Assembly (NCBI GenBank): GCA_963727445.1
Contig: CAVSGI010000020.1
Coordinates: forward strand, 704,001 to 768,000
DNA: 64,000 bases
Reading direction: 5' to 3'
Source of the DNA: an uncultured delta proteobacterium
GTDB taxonomy: Bacteria; Myxococcota_A; Polyangia; Polyangiales; B10-G4
Shown: piece by piece, positions 1 to 9,864 of the stretch
Layout: each line of letters begins with the position of its first letter
Numbering within the stretch: position 1 is the first letter of the stretch
Program-made: the position numbers and the translations under genes
Notes under the pieces: model-generated
Database searches by the model: none
The model's input: only the letters and a program-made list of their open reading frames with translations
Told to the model about the DNA's origin: nothing

Positions 1-1046
1 GGTGCCCTCGCCGCGACCTCCATCGCAGCCGATATCGGCGCGGCGCTCGAGGCCGCGCGGCAGGTGTTCGCGCCCAAGAGGTACGACTGCCTCGGTTGCG
101 CGTGTGCTTCCCCGCGATCGCCGCGAACGCGTTCGCAGAGGCGCGTCCGAGCGAGGCGGGCGATCCCGATCTCTGCCCGACCGAGGGCCCCGAGGTGCGC
201 GAAGGATGGCCGGCGCTCGCCGGGGACTACCGCGTGGTGCGCTACCAGGCCCCTGTCGCGGTCTGCGCGCTCAACAGCGGGGCCGTGGCGACCGCGCTGG
301 CGGAGCGCGCGCCCGAGGGGCTGTCGATCGTCGGAACGATGCACACGGAGAACCTCGGCATCGAGCGCGTGATCAGGAACGTGCTCGACGATCCCCACAT
401 CCGTTTCCTCGTCGTCTGCGGCGAAGACACGCAGAAGGCCGTCGGGCATCTCCCCGGTCAGTCCATTTCGCGCTCGGCGCGAACGGGATCGACGAAGGCA
501 TGCGGATCGTCGGTGCGCAGGGGAAGCGGCCCGTGCTCAAGAACGTCGCGCGCGAGGACGTCGAGGCGTTCCGCGCGCGCGTGACGCTGGTCGACGCCAT
601 CGGCGTCACGGAGCTCGAGCGCCTCCTGGAGATCGTCGGTGACTGTGCGGCGCGCGATCCCGGACCCGCCCCGGCGCACGCGACCTCTTCCAGCGTCGCG
701 CACGTCGAGACGCGCGCGCCCTCGCGCCTCGTGCGTGACCCGGCGGGCTTCCTGGTCGTGTACCCCGATACGCGGCGGGAGCGACTCGTCGTCGAGCACT
801 ACACGAACGCCGGCGTCCTCGACGTGGTGCTCGCGGGGCGTGCGCCTGCCGATCTCTACGCCGAGATTCATCGCTCGCGGGCTCTTGTCGCGCCTCGACC
901 ACGCGGCATATCTGGGACGCGAGCTCGCCCGCGCGGAGAGCTCGCTCGAAACCGGTGAGCCCTTCGTCCAGGACCGCGCGGCGGGCGAAGAGGACCCGTC
1001 GCACGCCGCGGATGAAGGTGCGCCCCCGTGCGGGTGTGGCACCTAG
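1..1046 (+). CDS. MtrA-like (tetrahydromethanopterin S-methyltransferase subunit A family) domain fused to a DUF4346-like C-terminal domain; 5' partial, frameshifted
   Basis: GTMHTENLGIERVIRNVLDDPHIRFLVVCGED..GHLPGQS (MtrA signature); continues in other frames as NGIDEGMRIVGAQGKRP.. and DPAGFLVVY..LSRLDHAAYLGRELARAE (DUF4346-like); frame changes near 100, 465 and 870. Confidence 0.75.
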
Positions 1047-1237
1047 TGTGCCGAGTGAGATGAAACGAGGCTGGCAGACATCACGGCGCTCGCCAGCACT
1101 TTCGTCGCCCTCGTCGGGCGGCGCGAGCGGTACGGGGACGCGTGCGCGTCGAGCATCGACGTCAGGCCACGGGCGCCGGCGTGGTGACCCGCGAGCCCCT
1201 CGGTGACGTCTCGGGGCTCGCGCCTCAGGCTGGTGGG

Positions 1238-1949
1238 ATGTCGTCGGCGCTGGGGCTCCTCTGCGTTCTCTCGCTGACCGCGTGTGCGACCACCTCCTCG
1301 GCGACCCGTCGCGAGCCGCAGGCCCCTGCCGCCGCTGCCGATCCCGATGCCGATGCCATTCCGAGCGCCGACGACCTCTGCCCTGACCATCCGGAGGACC
1401 GGGACGGCTTCGAAGATGCGGACGGCTGCCCCGATTTCGACAACGACCGGGACCGCATCGTGGACGCCGAGGACGTGTGTCCGAACGACGCGGAGACCTA
1501 CAACGGGACCGACGACGACGACGGCTGCCCGGACCACACCGCGGTTCAGGTTCGAGGCGAGCCGCCCATCGTCGAGCGGATCTACTTCCGGGCGGAGTCC
1601 GCCGAGATCCCTGCCACGAGCGAGCCCATCCTCGACTACGTTGCCGCCGCCCTCGACGCCGACCCCGACATCACGACGGTCGCGATCGTCGGCCATGCCA
1701 GCGCCGACGAGCACCCGCCGGCGACCCTCGGACGAAAGCGCGCGCGGGCCGTGCTCGACGCGCTCGTCGCCCGCGGCGTCGCCGAAGCGCGGCTCACGGT
1801 CCTGAACGCGGCCGCCCCGCGACCCCATGGGCAATCCGGCGACCCCCGAAGGCCGAGCGCGCAACCGACGCGCGACCTTCCACATCCTGCGACGCCACGG
1901 GCAGGAGGTGAGTCGCTGGGACGGCACGCGCGTCGTGCCAGCGGAGTAG
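1238..1949 (+). CDS. OmpA-family lipoprotein with thrombospondin type-3-like Ca-binding repeats (frameshift near 1820-1855)
   Basis: Lipobox LTAC; DLCPDHPEDRDGFEDADGCPD repeats; ERIYF..IVGHAS..LGRKRARAV OmpA motifs; ARNRRATF C-terminal motif lies in a shifted frame ending TAG at 1947-1949. Confidence 0.7.
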
Positions 1950-2559
1950 TGCATCGGTGCGCATGTCCGATGCGCTCGGTGTTCGACTCGTCGAGGATTT
2001 GCGCCGCTGCCGAGGCGTCGCGGGCGCTGTGCTCCGGCGGTGGGCGCGCACCGATGAGTCGCGCCCCGTCGTTGATGCACAGCGTCTGGCCGTCGGAGGA
2101 AAAGACACCTCGAGCGTGGTGTTCCCTTCGAGGGCCGAAAGGTAAACCATGGCAGGCGAACCGAAGCGCCACAGCGGGGAGGCCGCGTCGTCCGGTCCTA
2201 TGAGCCGGGGAGAGCTGGGCGTTCTGCTACGCCGATGAAGACGTGCTCGAAGAGCTCCCCGCGCTATCGGGCGAGGCTGCGCCGAGGCACTTCGGGCCTC
2301 GCTGACGCGCATTCCGCGGCTCAGACGCGTCGCGGCCTGGAGACGATGCCGACGCCGGCCCGGCGTGCCCACGCTCTCCGAGCGTCGCCTCCACAGCGCG
2401 CCAATCGTGGACCGCCTCGGCCACGAGCTCCTGCATCGCACTCGTCGCATCCGCTTCGGCGCGCGCATCACGGCACTTCTCGATGAACCGCTCGAGATAA
2501 ACCCCACGAACCGAGGGGTAACACGCCGTCTCGCGGGCGGACCTGGGGTGCCCTTTTGG

Positions 2560-3182
2560 GGACTGAGGCCCGAGCGATTCCACGGGAAGTCGCCGCCGCT
2601 CGCACCTGATCCGGAAGACCGCGAGGACGAGTCCCGTGAGTGCACCGAAGTCACGTCCCGAGGTGGATGGCCCATACGGCGCCAATCTCACTGGGATCGC
2701 GACTTGCCGCCGCATCGATTGAGAGGCCGTGGACCCACGGATCGGGCCTCAGCAGGGCGGCCACGCCGAGTACGCTCGCGAGGAAGGGGGATGCGAGAAG
2801 CGGCCACAGAAGATGGAGAGCAAGGCGCGAATAGGGGAGTTGTGGCATGCGTCTGGAAGGGTTGTTGGCCACGAGCAGCACCAGGCCCACGACGAGCCCT
2901 GCGGTCCAGCCCGCCATCAACGCGAGCTTCGCTACCTGCGGAAAAAAGGAAGCGGCCCGCACACCCTTGATGACGCGAAAGTAGTCGTGGCTGAAGGAGT
3001 ACGTCGCCGCGTGGTGAAGCAGTCCGTAGACGCTCGCCGCACCGGTGACGCCGAAGAGAAAGGCGTACTCCTTCAGTCGCCTGGGGTTCCGCGGGTTCCG
3101 GATCGGATCGATGGCACCCAGCAGCCCCGAAGACCGAGAGGCCGAACGCGACGCGAAGCGGAAAAGTCGGGTCGTCCACCAC
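2560..3182 (-). pseudogene. Frameshifted or degraded multi-pass membrane protein
   Basis: Hydrophobic segments spread over three frames (TFPLRVAFGLSVFG / EYAFLFGVTGAASVYGLLHH..AGWTAGLVVGLVLLVAN / FGALTGLVLAVF); ends are approximate. Confidence 0.4.
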
Positions 3183-3482
3183 GGGGCCAGTCGCCAGCGC
3201 GATGCCACAGTCGTGGCCCAGCTCGCTTGCCTCGAATGGAAAGCGCTCGGGCTCGATCGCGTCTGTTCCGGGATGGACAGAGTGACGCGGCGGCGCGGTC
3301 GTGTTCGCCAGATTGGCGGGGTGACGAACGTCGCGTGTAGCGCTCGGTCATTTCTGCAAATAAACGATACAAACAAATGCAATTGATCGCTTGAGCCGGG
3401 TGCTGAACGTGTCATCAGTGGAGAATGACGGAATTCCCCAGCGAGCCCGCGTCATCTGATCGTCCACGAGCAGCTTCTCGGG

Positions 3483-4556
3483 ATGGCGAAAGCCCAGTCC
3501 GAGCTGGACCACGCGCAGCTCGAATGGATCGTGGAAGGAGAGGCGCTCGCGCTTCATCGGCGATTCGGATACGCATCCTATCGGGAATATTTAGGGCGAT
3601 TGTTCGGGTGGTCTCCACACACTGCCGAGGAGCGTCTGCGGACCGCCAAGAACCTCGTGGAGCTGCCCCTGCTGCGCGAGGCCCCCTCGGCGATGGCGGC
3701 GCTGAAAGAGGCCAAGCGCCTGGCGACCAAGGAGGTCGGACACAGCCTCAGTGACGACGAGCTGGTGGAGCTCCTCTGTCGGCGTTTCACCGGCGGGCCG
3801 AACGATGAAGGAAGGAGCCCCTATCAGGTCGTCATCCACCGATGCCCCGAATGCCAGGTCGTCACCCAGCAAGCGGGGCCGGAGGAGATCGTTCTCGACG
3901 ACGCGGCGGCGGCTCGTGCCCACTACAACGCGCAAATCGTCGACCTACGTCACACCGATGCCGTTCGCTCCCACGTGGGAGGTGACCGGGCGCGGGATCG
4001 CTCCCACGTGGGAGGTGGCGCGGCAGAGGATCGCTCCCACGTGGGAGCGGAACCCACTCGCTCCCGTGCGCTTCAGACCATCCCACCCGCGGTCCGACGG
4101 AAGGTGTTGGCGCGCCATCGCGGAAAGTGCGCGGCGCCCGGCTGCGAGTGCAGCGTTTACCTCGAGCTACACCACCTGGACCTCGTGTCCGAGGGCGGCA
4201 CGCACGACCCGGAGCGGCTCCTTCCGCTCTGCTTCTCCCATCACCGGGCGTTTCACGAGGGCCGGCTGCTCATCGGGGGGAGGGCGAGCTCCGGTTTCTC
4301 CTTCCGACACGCCGATGGCGCTCCCTATGGAGGTTGCCCATCACCGAGAGCACAGGACGCGTTCAGCGCCGTCCATCGCGCGCTGGTGAAGATGGGCTTC
4401 AGGGATCGCGAAGCCCGCGCCGTGTTGGAACGGTGTCGCGAGACGACGAGTGACGAGACCGTGGAAGGCCTGCTGCGAACGGCGCTCTCTCGGATGGAGG
4501 TTCCCGGTGTTTGCGAAGCGGAGGTGATGTATCTGCCGGTTCGGGGGACGGGGTAG
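3483..4556 (+). CDS. HNH endonuclease-domain protein (DUF222-like N-terminus, RuvA C-terminal-like tail)
   Basis: IPPAVRRKVLARHRGKCAAPGC..LELHHL..GGTHDPERLLPLCFSHHRAFHEG HNH motif; ALVKMGFRDREAR tail. Confidence 0.8.
   Translation: MAKAQSELDHAQLEWIVEGEALALHRRFGYASYREYLGRLFGWSPHTAEERLRTAKNLVELPLLREAPSAMAALKEAKRLATKEVGHSLSDDELVELLCRRFTGGPNDEGRSPYQVVIHRCPECQVVTQQAGPEEIVLDDAAAARAHYNAQIVDLRHTDAVRSHVGGDRARDRSHVGGGAAEDRSHVGAEPTRSRALQTIPPAVRRKVLARHRGKCAAPGCECSVYLELHHLDLVSEGGTHDPERLLPLCFSHHRAFHEGRLLIGGRASSGFSFRHADGAPYGGCPSPRAQDAFSAVHRALVKMGFRDREARAVLERCRETTSDETVEGLLRTALSRMEVPGVCEAEVMYLPVRGTG
3968..4049. repeat. Three copies of the 14-bp palindrome CTCCCACGTGGGAG at 33-bp period inside the HNH gene
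   Basis: Copies at 3968, 4001 and 4034, each encoding SHVG. Confidence 0.9.
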
Positions 4557-4658
4557 GCTCGCAGGGCCCGAGAACGAGGAGCTCCGAATGCTGGTCGTAT
4601 TTGTCGCGAAAGTCAGGGGGCGTCTAGCGCATGCGATTGTGAGTCCTAGACTCGCCGC

Positions 4659-5217
4659 ATGGGACTTTTGACCTTCAGCATCAACGTCACCCTGGACGGC
4701 TGCGTCGACCACCAGGAGGGAATCGCCGACGACGAGACGCACGCCTTCTTCACCCGCCTCATGGATGAGAGCGGGGCGATGCTGTGGGGGCGGGTCACCT
4801 ACGAGATGATGGAGAGCTACTGGCCGGCGGTCGCCCGCGGCGACGCGGAGGCGCCACCCGCGATGCGCGAGTGGGCGGTCAAGCTCGAGGCGAAGCCGAA
4901 GTACGTGGTGTCGTCGACGCGCGAGGAATTCCCGTGGACCAACACTCACCACATTGCCGGCGATCTGCGCGAGGGCGTGCAGAAGCTCAAGGACGCGACC
5001 CCGGCCGGCGTCCTCCTCGGAAGCGGCAAGCTCGCGACCGAGCTCGACCGACTCGATCTGATCGACGAGTACAGCTTCCTCGTCCATCCCCGGATCGTCG
5101 GCCACGGCCCGACGCTCTACCAGGGCGGGCTGCCCAGCACGCGGACAGCTCGAGCTGCTCTCGGCGAAGCCGCTTCAGAACGGCGCGGTCGCCATGCACT
5201 ACCGGCGCGCGCGGTGA
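4659..5217 (+). CDS. Dihydrofolate reductase / RibD C-terminal family protein (frameshift near 5145)
   Basis: FSINVTLDGC, MLWGRVTYEMM, KPKYVVSST, GSGKLA..LIDEY..VHPRIVGHG; C-terminus LELLSAKPLQNGAVAMHYRR in a shifted frame. Confidence 0.85.
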
Positions 5218-5228
5218 GTCCGCAGTCG

Positions 5229-5699
5229 CTACTTGCCCCAGAAATCGGCGATCGCGCGCTCGATGCGCTTCCGTTCGAACTCGAACTCGGGATCTTCGAC
5301 GAGGAGGGAGAGGAACTCGCAGACGGCGTGGCGCTGTGCCGCGGATAGCAGCCCGTACTGCTTCATCCGGTACTCGTCGAGGTCGATGAGTGGAAAGACG
5401 ACGCAGTGAAAGATCGTCCCCTCGAGCTCGGCGACTAGATATGCGGGGAGGTGGAAGCGCATGCCCTCGGCGTCGAAGAAGCTCAGGCTGCTGCTGCAGC
5501 GCTCGAGGTCCTTCGCGGGGATCGCGGACCAACGGTCCTTCTCGTCCGCTTCTCGGTACGCCTCGACCGTTTCTCTCGTCTCGTAGTCGTCGAGCCCCTG
5601 CGCCTGTCGAAGCCCGATCCCATCGCCCAGGCGAACATCAGCAAACGCCGATCGGACGAGCTCCACCACCCGCTCTCGCTCCGCATCCATCTCAGTCAT
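5229..5699 (-). CDS. Hypothetical protein (DUF6714-like)
   Basis: VRSAFADVRLGDGIGLRQAQGLDDY..SLSFFDAEGMRFHLPAYL pattern. Confidence 0.6.
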   Translation of the reverse strand: MTEMDAERERVVELVRSAFADVRLGDGIGLRQAQGLDDYETRETVEAYREADEKDRWSAIPAKDLERCSSSLSFFDAEGMRFHLPAYLVAELEGTIFHCVVFPLIDLDEYRMKQYGLLSAAQRHAVCEFLSLLVEDPEFEFERKRIERAIADFWGK

Positions 5700-5853
5700 C
5701 GGATTCGTGGCAAACGACTTCGATGTCGTGCCCGTCCGGGCCAACCACGAAGGCCGCATAGTATCTGCCGCTGTAGTTGCGCGACGACTTGGTCAAACAC
5801 GATGCCCAAGACGCGAAGACGGCGCCTCATGCTCTTGCGTGGGCGCCGCCTCT

Positions 5854-5929
5854 TGGCTCCGGATGCTGGACTCGAACCAGCGACAAATCGGTTAACAGCC
5901 GATCGCTCTACCAACTGAGCTAATCCGGA
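5854..5929 (-). tRNA. tRNA-Asn (GTT)
   Basis: Reverse complement TCCGGATTAGCTCAGTTGGTAGAGCGATCGGCTGTTAACCGATTTGTCGCTGGTTCGAGTCCAGCATCCGGAGCCA: 76 nt, D and T loops, anticodon GTT, encoded CCA. Confidence 0.97.
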
Positions 5930-5942
5930 AAATGGACTGCGG

Positions 5943-5970
5943 AAGTTAGCCTTGGATGGCGGGATGTCAA
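5943..5970 (-). promoter_or_regulatory. Sigma70-type promoter of tRNA-Asn
   Basis: Minus strand TTGACA (5970-5965) - 16 nt - TAACTT (5948-5943), 13 nt before the tRNA 5' end. Confidence 0.7.
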
Positions 5971-6066
5971 GGATGGGACAGGGGGGCGAAACCAGCGGGA
6001 ATTTCGGGGTGCTTGGCGCGCGCGAGGCGCGGCGCGCTGGCCCGGCGACGGGGGGGCGGTCGCGAC

Positions 6067-6333
6067 TCGGAGGGTTGGGGGCGACGATGGGGGTTGTGAC
6101 CGCATGGCGGTCACAAGTCGGAGGGTTGGGGGCGACGATGGGAGTTGTGACCGCATGGCGGTCACAAGTCGGAGGGTTGGGGGCGACGATGGGAGTTGTG
6201 ACCGCATGGCGGTCACAAGTCGGGGGTTGGGGGCGACGATGGGGGTTGTGACCGCATGGCGGTCGTAAGTCGGGGGGTTGGGGGCGACGCTGGGAGTTGT
6301 GACCGCATGGGGGTCAATGGGAGATGTGACCGC
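6067..6333. repeat. Tandem array of about five 51-bp units, each with the hairpin TTGTGACCGC-ATG-GCGGTCACAA
   Basis: Units start at 6067, 6118, 6169, 6220 and 6270; perfect palindromes at 6094, 6145 and 6196; the last two are degenerate. Confidence 0.9.
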
Positions 6334-6441
6334 CTGCGCTGGGGCTGACGCTTCGGGGGGCCGAGAGCCCCCGCGGAGTGGCGCCTCGAGTAGCCTCTCA
6401 GGCGTCGAAATCATGCGCGTTTCGGCCCGCTGCTTGGAGGC

Positions 6442-7983
6442 ATGGACCTTGTAACGTCGGCCCATGTGGCCTCCCACCTCCCCACCTCCCTGACCCTGCT
6501 GCTCCTGCTGCTTCTGGCCGGCTGCGGGATTGATGAGGGCCGCGACAGCGCGGTGGTGCGGGACGAAGGGCCGGACCTCCTCTACCGCGACTTCATCGAC
6601 GGCAAGATGGACGGGGCGGGTCATCCCATCGGCGCGACCGTCTTCGAAGGCGAGAGCGATTGCGCGCCCGGCACCGGATGGCCGGCGCAGGACCACCTCG
6701 AGCTCGACAGCCGCCTCGATGACCCCGGCCGCGCCTGTGAAGGCGAGACGCCCGAGCTCGGTCGCGGCCCCTACGTCGTGAACCTTCGCGCGGCGCTCAC
6801 GACCGCTTGCGACGACGGCGAGTGCGGGCCGCTCCTCGAGGCTCGCGCGATTGGCGCCTCGGGCGAGGTGCTGGGAAGCGCCTCCTTCGAGAGCGCGGAC
6901 TTCGAGGAGGCGCTCTCGTATCAGAACCTGCCGCTCCAGTTCCGCCTGCAGCAGCCCCAAACGGTGCGCATCGAAGTCGACTTCGACGGCTCCGGCGCCG
7001 TGATGCTCGACTACGTCGAGGTCTTCCGCCAGGGGCGCCAGCTGGTGCTCTCACCGCCCTCGGGCGTGCTCGAGCCGGGCAGCGATCTCCGCATCGAAAT
7101 CGTCGACCCGCCCGACAACCACGCGCTCCAGGTGCGCTGCGACGACGTCCCGCTCGACGACACCTTCTCGGCGATGCTCGCCGACGGAAGCGCGCGCGAG
7201 GAGCTCACCGACTTCCGCCGCATCCTGACGGTGCCCACCGATCAGCTCCTCGCCGCGTGCGCCGAGGCGACGCAGGTCGTGGTGGAGCTGCGCGCCGGCA
7301 CCTATACGGCCGCGACCAGCGAGCTCCGCTATACCTCCGAGCCCACGCCCTGCGCCTACGAGGGCGACGGCGAGACGAAGGTGCTGATCACGGGCTTCGT
7401 TCCGTTCCCGGCCGGCGCCGATCAAGCGAACAGCTCGATGGAGGGCGTGCTCGCCTTCGACCCGCTCTCGGTGCCCGAAGCCAGCGTCATGAAGATGATC
7501 ATCCCGGTGGAGTTCATGTCCGCGCCCGGCCTCGTCGAGGACGCCATCGCCCGCTGCGCGCCGGACGTGGTGGTGGGCTTCGGTCAGGGGCGCAATCGCG
7601 TCGACCTCGAGCGCACGGGCTACAACCGCCGCGACACCTCCGACGTCGCCGGCGGCTTCCCCGACAACCGCGGCCTGGTCGTCGAGCCCGCCCCCATCCG
7701 CGACGACGGCCCCGACGTCTTCTCGAGCGAGCTGCCCATCGACGAGATTGAGGCCGACCTGGTCGCGGCCGGCATCAGCGTCGGCCAGAGCGACGATCCG
7801 GGACGCTACGTCTGTAACGATCACCTCTACACCGTCGGCACGGGCACCGACGCCGAGCACCTGACCACCGGCTTCGTCCACATGCCCTACATGCGCTACG
7901 TCGACGCGCAGAGCCGCCAAGAGCTCGCGACCGTCGTCGAGACGGTGGTGCGCCGCACCGCCGAAGCACACGTCAGCCGCTGA
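6442..7983 (+). CDS. Lipoprotein with C-terminal pyroglutamyl-peptidase I (C15) domain
   Basis: LLLLLAGC lipobox; VLITGFVPF, VDLERTG (Glu), DPGRYVCN (Cys), GFVHMP (His); start may be GTG 6466. Confidence 0.8.
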   Translation: MDLVTSAHVASHLPTSLTLLLLLLLAGCGIDEGRDSAVVRDEGPDLLYRDFIDGKMDGAGHPIGATVFEGESDCAPGTGWPAQDHLELDSRLDDPGRACEGETPELGRGPYVVNLRAALTTACDDGECGPLLEARAIGASGEVLGSASFESADFEEALSYQNLPLQFRLQQPQTVRIEVDFDGSGAVMLDYVEVFRQGRQLVLSPPSGVLEPGSDLRIEIVDPPDNHALQVRCDDVPLDDTFSAMLADGSAREELTDFRRILTVPTDQLLAACAEATQVVVELRAGTYTAATSELRYTSEPTPCAYEGDGETKVLITGFVPFPAGADQANSSMEGVLAFDPLSVPEASVMKMIIPVEFMSAPGLVEDAIARCAPDVVVGFGQGRNRVDLERTGYNRRDTSDVAGGFPDNRGLVVEPAPIRDDGPDVFSSELPIDEIEADLVAAGISVGQSDDPGRYVCNDHLYTVGTGTDAEHLTTGFVHMPYMRYVDAQSRQELATVVETVVRRTAEAHVSR

Positions 7984-7984
7984 C

Positions 7985-8983
7985 TCACACGAAGGCCGCG
8001 ACGCGCTCGAGGACGAAATACATCGAAGCGGCGCCCATCACGTAGACCGCGAAGAGCCGCGCGCGGGCGACGTCCGGCGCGCGGAGCGCCCGCGCGGACA
8101 CGAGCGTGAGCAGCAGCACCGCGCCGACGAAGAGGAGCTGGCCGACCTCCACGCCGACGTTGAAGGCGAAGAGCGCGGTCAGCGCGTCGTCGCGCGGCAG
8201 GCCGACGTCGGCGAGGGCGCCCGCGAAGCCGAGGCCGTGGACCAGGCCGAAGCCGCCCGCGACCACGCCCGGGTAGCGCCGGGTCAGCGTGGGGGGCGCG
8301 CCGCTCATGGTGAGCTCCACGGCCAAGAGCAGGATCGACAGCGCGATGATCGCCTCGGCGGCGCCCGTCGCGATGGGGACGAAGCCGAGGGTCGCGAGGC
8401 CGAGGGTCGCCGAGTGGCCGACGGTGAAAGAGGTGATGGTCAGGATCAGGGCGCGCCGCCGATGGCGCAGGAGCAGCAACAGCCCGAGGACGAAGAGCAG
8501 GTGGTCGATCCCCGTCAGGATGTGCTCGACGCCGAGGGCGGCGTACGCCGCGAAGACCGAGCCCCCGAGGCGCGCGCCGTCTTCGAGGCGCACGGTCGGG
8601 GTGGCGCTGTCGAGGATGGCGAGCTCGGTCTCGCCGTTTTCGTGGACGACGCGGAGCGACATGGAGAGGTCGGGGCCGATGCCGCTCGCGCCGAGCTCGC
8701 CGACCAGCGGAGAGGGGCAGTGCGCGACGAAGCGCCGGTCGAAGCCGCGGGTGCCTTCCTCCCATGTGGGCGGAGACGTCTCCTCGCATCCTTCGGGGAG
8801 CACGGCCTCCACCGCCTCGGCCCGCTCGCGGCTGCCGCTCACGCGCAAGAGCACGTCCCAGTCGCCGTCCGCGCGCGCCTCGAGTTGCAGCACCCCGAAG
8901 CCCACGGGATGCGCTGACGCGAGGGAAGGCAGGGCGAGCCACGCGAGGGCGAAGGCCGCGGCGAACCCGCGAACACGACTCAT
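7985..8983 (-). CDS. HupE/UreJ family membrane protein
   Basis: Signal peptide ..ASAH; LGVEHILTGIDHLLFV, FTVGHSATL, FGLVHGLGFA, FNVGVEVGQ. Confidence 0.9.
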   Translation of the reverse strand: MSRVRGFAAAFALAWLALPSLASAHPVGFGVLQLEARADGDWDVLLRVSGSRERAEAVEAVLPEGCEETSPPTWEEGTRGFDRRFVAHCPSPLVGELGASGIGPDLSMSLRVVHENGETELAILDSATPTVRLEDGARLGGSVFAAYAALGVEHILTGIDHLLFVLGLLLLLRHRRRALILTITSFTVGHSATLGLATLGFVPIATGAAEAIIALSILLLAVELTMSGAPPTLTRRYPGVVAGGFGLVHGLGFAGALADVGLPRDDALTALFAFNVGVEVGQLLFVGAVLLLTLVSARALRAPDVARARLFAVYVMGAASMYFVLERVAAFV

Positions 8984-9837
8984 CGCTCGTCTCCCTCGAC
9001 GGAATACTCCGCGACGATCTCCGCGATCGCGGCGTCGGCCGCCTCGCCGCGCGCCTGCTCCAGCCATCCGCGAAGGGCCACCTCGCGCACCTCCGACAGC
9101 GGGCGCATGCGCGCTGCCTCCCGCGCCGTCACTCGCACTGCGGAAAGACCGTAGCTGTTCTCGAAGGGGCCGGCCCACTCGCCTTCGGGGGCGGCGGTCA
9201 CGTCGGCCGCGAAGTCGACGCCCATCCGCGCGGCGATCTGTGCTTCGGTGGAGAGCGCGAAGGTGCGGCCCGCGATGAAGGGATTGCCGAGCGTCGCGCC
9301 GCTTTCAGGATCCGCCGCGAGCGCCGCCATCACGGCCGCGGCGTCGGCGGAGAGCGCATCGCCGTGCGCGTCACGGCTCAAAAAGACGTGCTCGAAGGCG
9401 ACCCGGGCAGGCGCGCGAAACTCGTCCGCGTGCGCCTCGATGAACGCGCGCAGCTCGTCGTCGCTCGGCTCGGGGACCTCGGCCGCGCCCTGCAGCACGA
9501 ACTCCATCTTCTGCACGAGCCGCCGGCGCACGATGGTGTCGCCGCGATCGAGCCCCAGCCGCAGCGCTTCACGATAGAGCGCTTCGTCCCGAACATAGCG
9601 GTCGACGAGCGCATCGAGCGCCTCGCCTTCGACGCGCTCGCCGAGGCGGCGGTACTGATCGGCCGCGAGGGCCTCGCGGAGGTGCTCCGTGACGACGATG
9701 GGCGCGCGGGTCTCTCCCTCGGGCGCGGGCCGGAGCACGCGCTGCCCCACGAAGAGGAGGACGCCGAGGACCACGAAGTGCAGGAGCGGCTCGCGGAGGA
9801 GCGAGCGGCGCGCGGGCGTCGGGTCGGCGTCGGCCAT
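8980..9837 (-). CDS. PpiC/parvulin-type peptidyl-prolyl isomerase domain protein
   Basis: LLREPLLHF, EALYREALRLGLDRGDTIVRRRLVQKM, WAGPFENSYG; stop overlaps the HupE start (ATGA). Confidence 0.85.
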   Translation of the reverse strand: MADADPTPARRSLLREPLLHFVVLGVLLFVGQRVLRPAPEGETRAPIVVTEHLREALAADQYRRLGERVEGEALDALVDRYVRDEALYREALRLGLDRGDTIVRRRLVQKMEFVLQGAAEVPEPSDDELRAFIEAHADEFRAPARVAFEHVFLSRDAHGDALSADAAAVMAALAADPESGATLGNPFIAGRTFALSTEAQIAARMGVDFAADVTAAPEGEWAGPFENSYGLSAVRVTAREAARMRPLSEVREVALRGWLEQARGEAADAAIAEIVAEYSVEGDER

Positions 9838-9864
9838 GGACGCCCGGAGCTTAGCGAACTTGCC

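Noticed and set aside
6067..6333. CRISPR array
   Set aside because: The sequences between palindromes are near-identical rather than unique spacers, and there are no cas genes in the window
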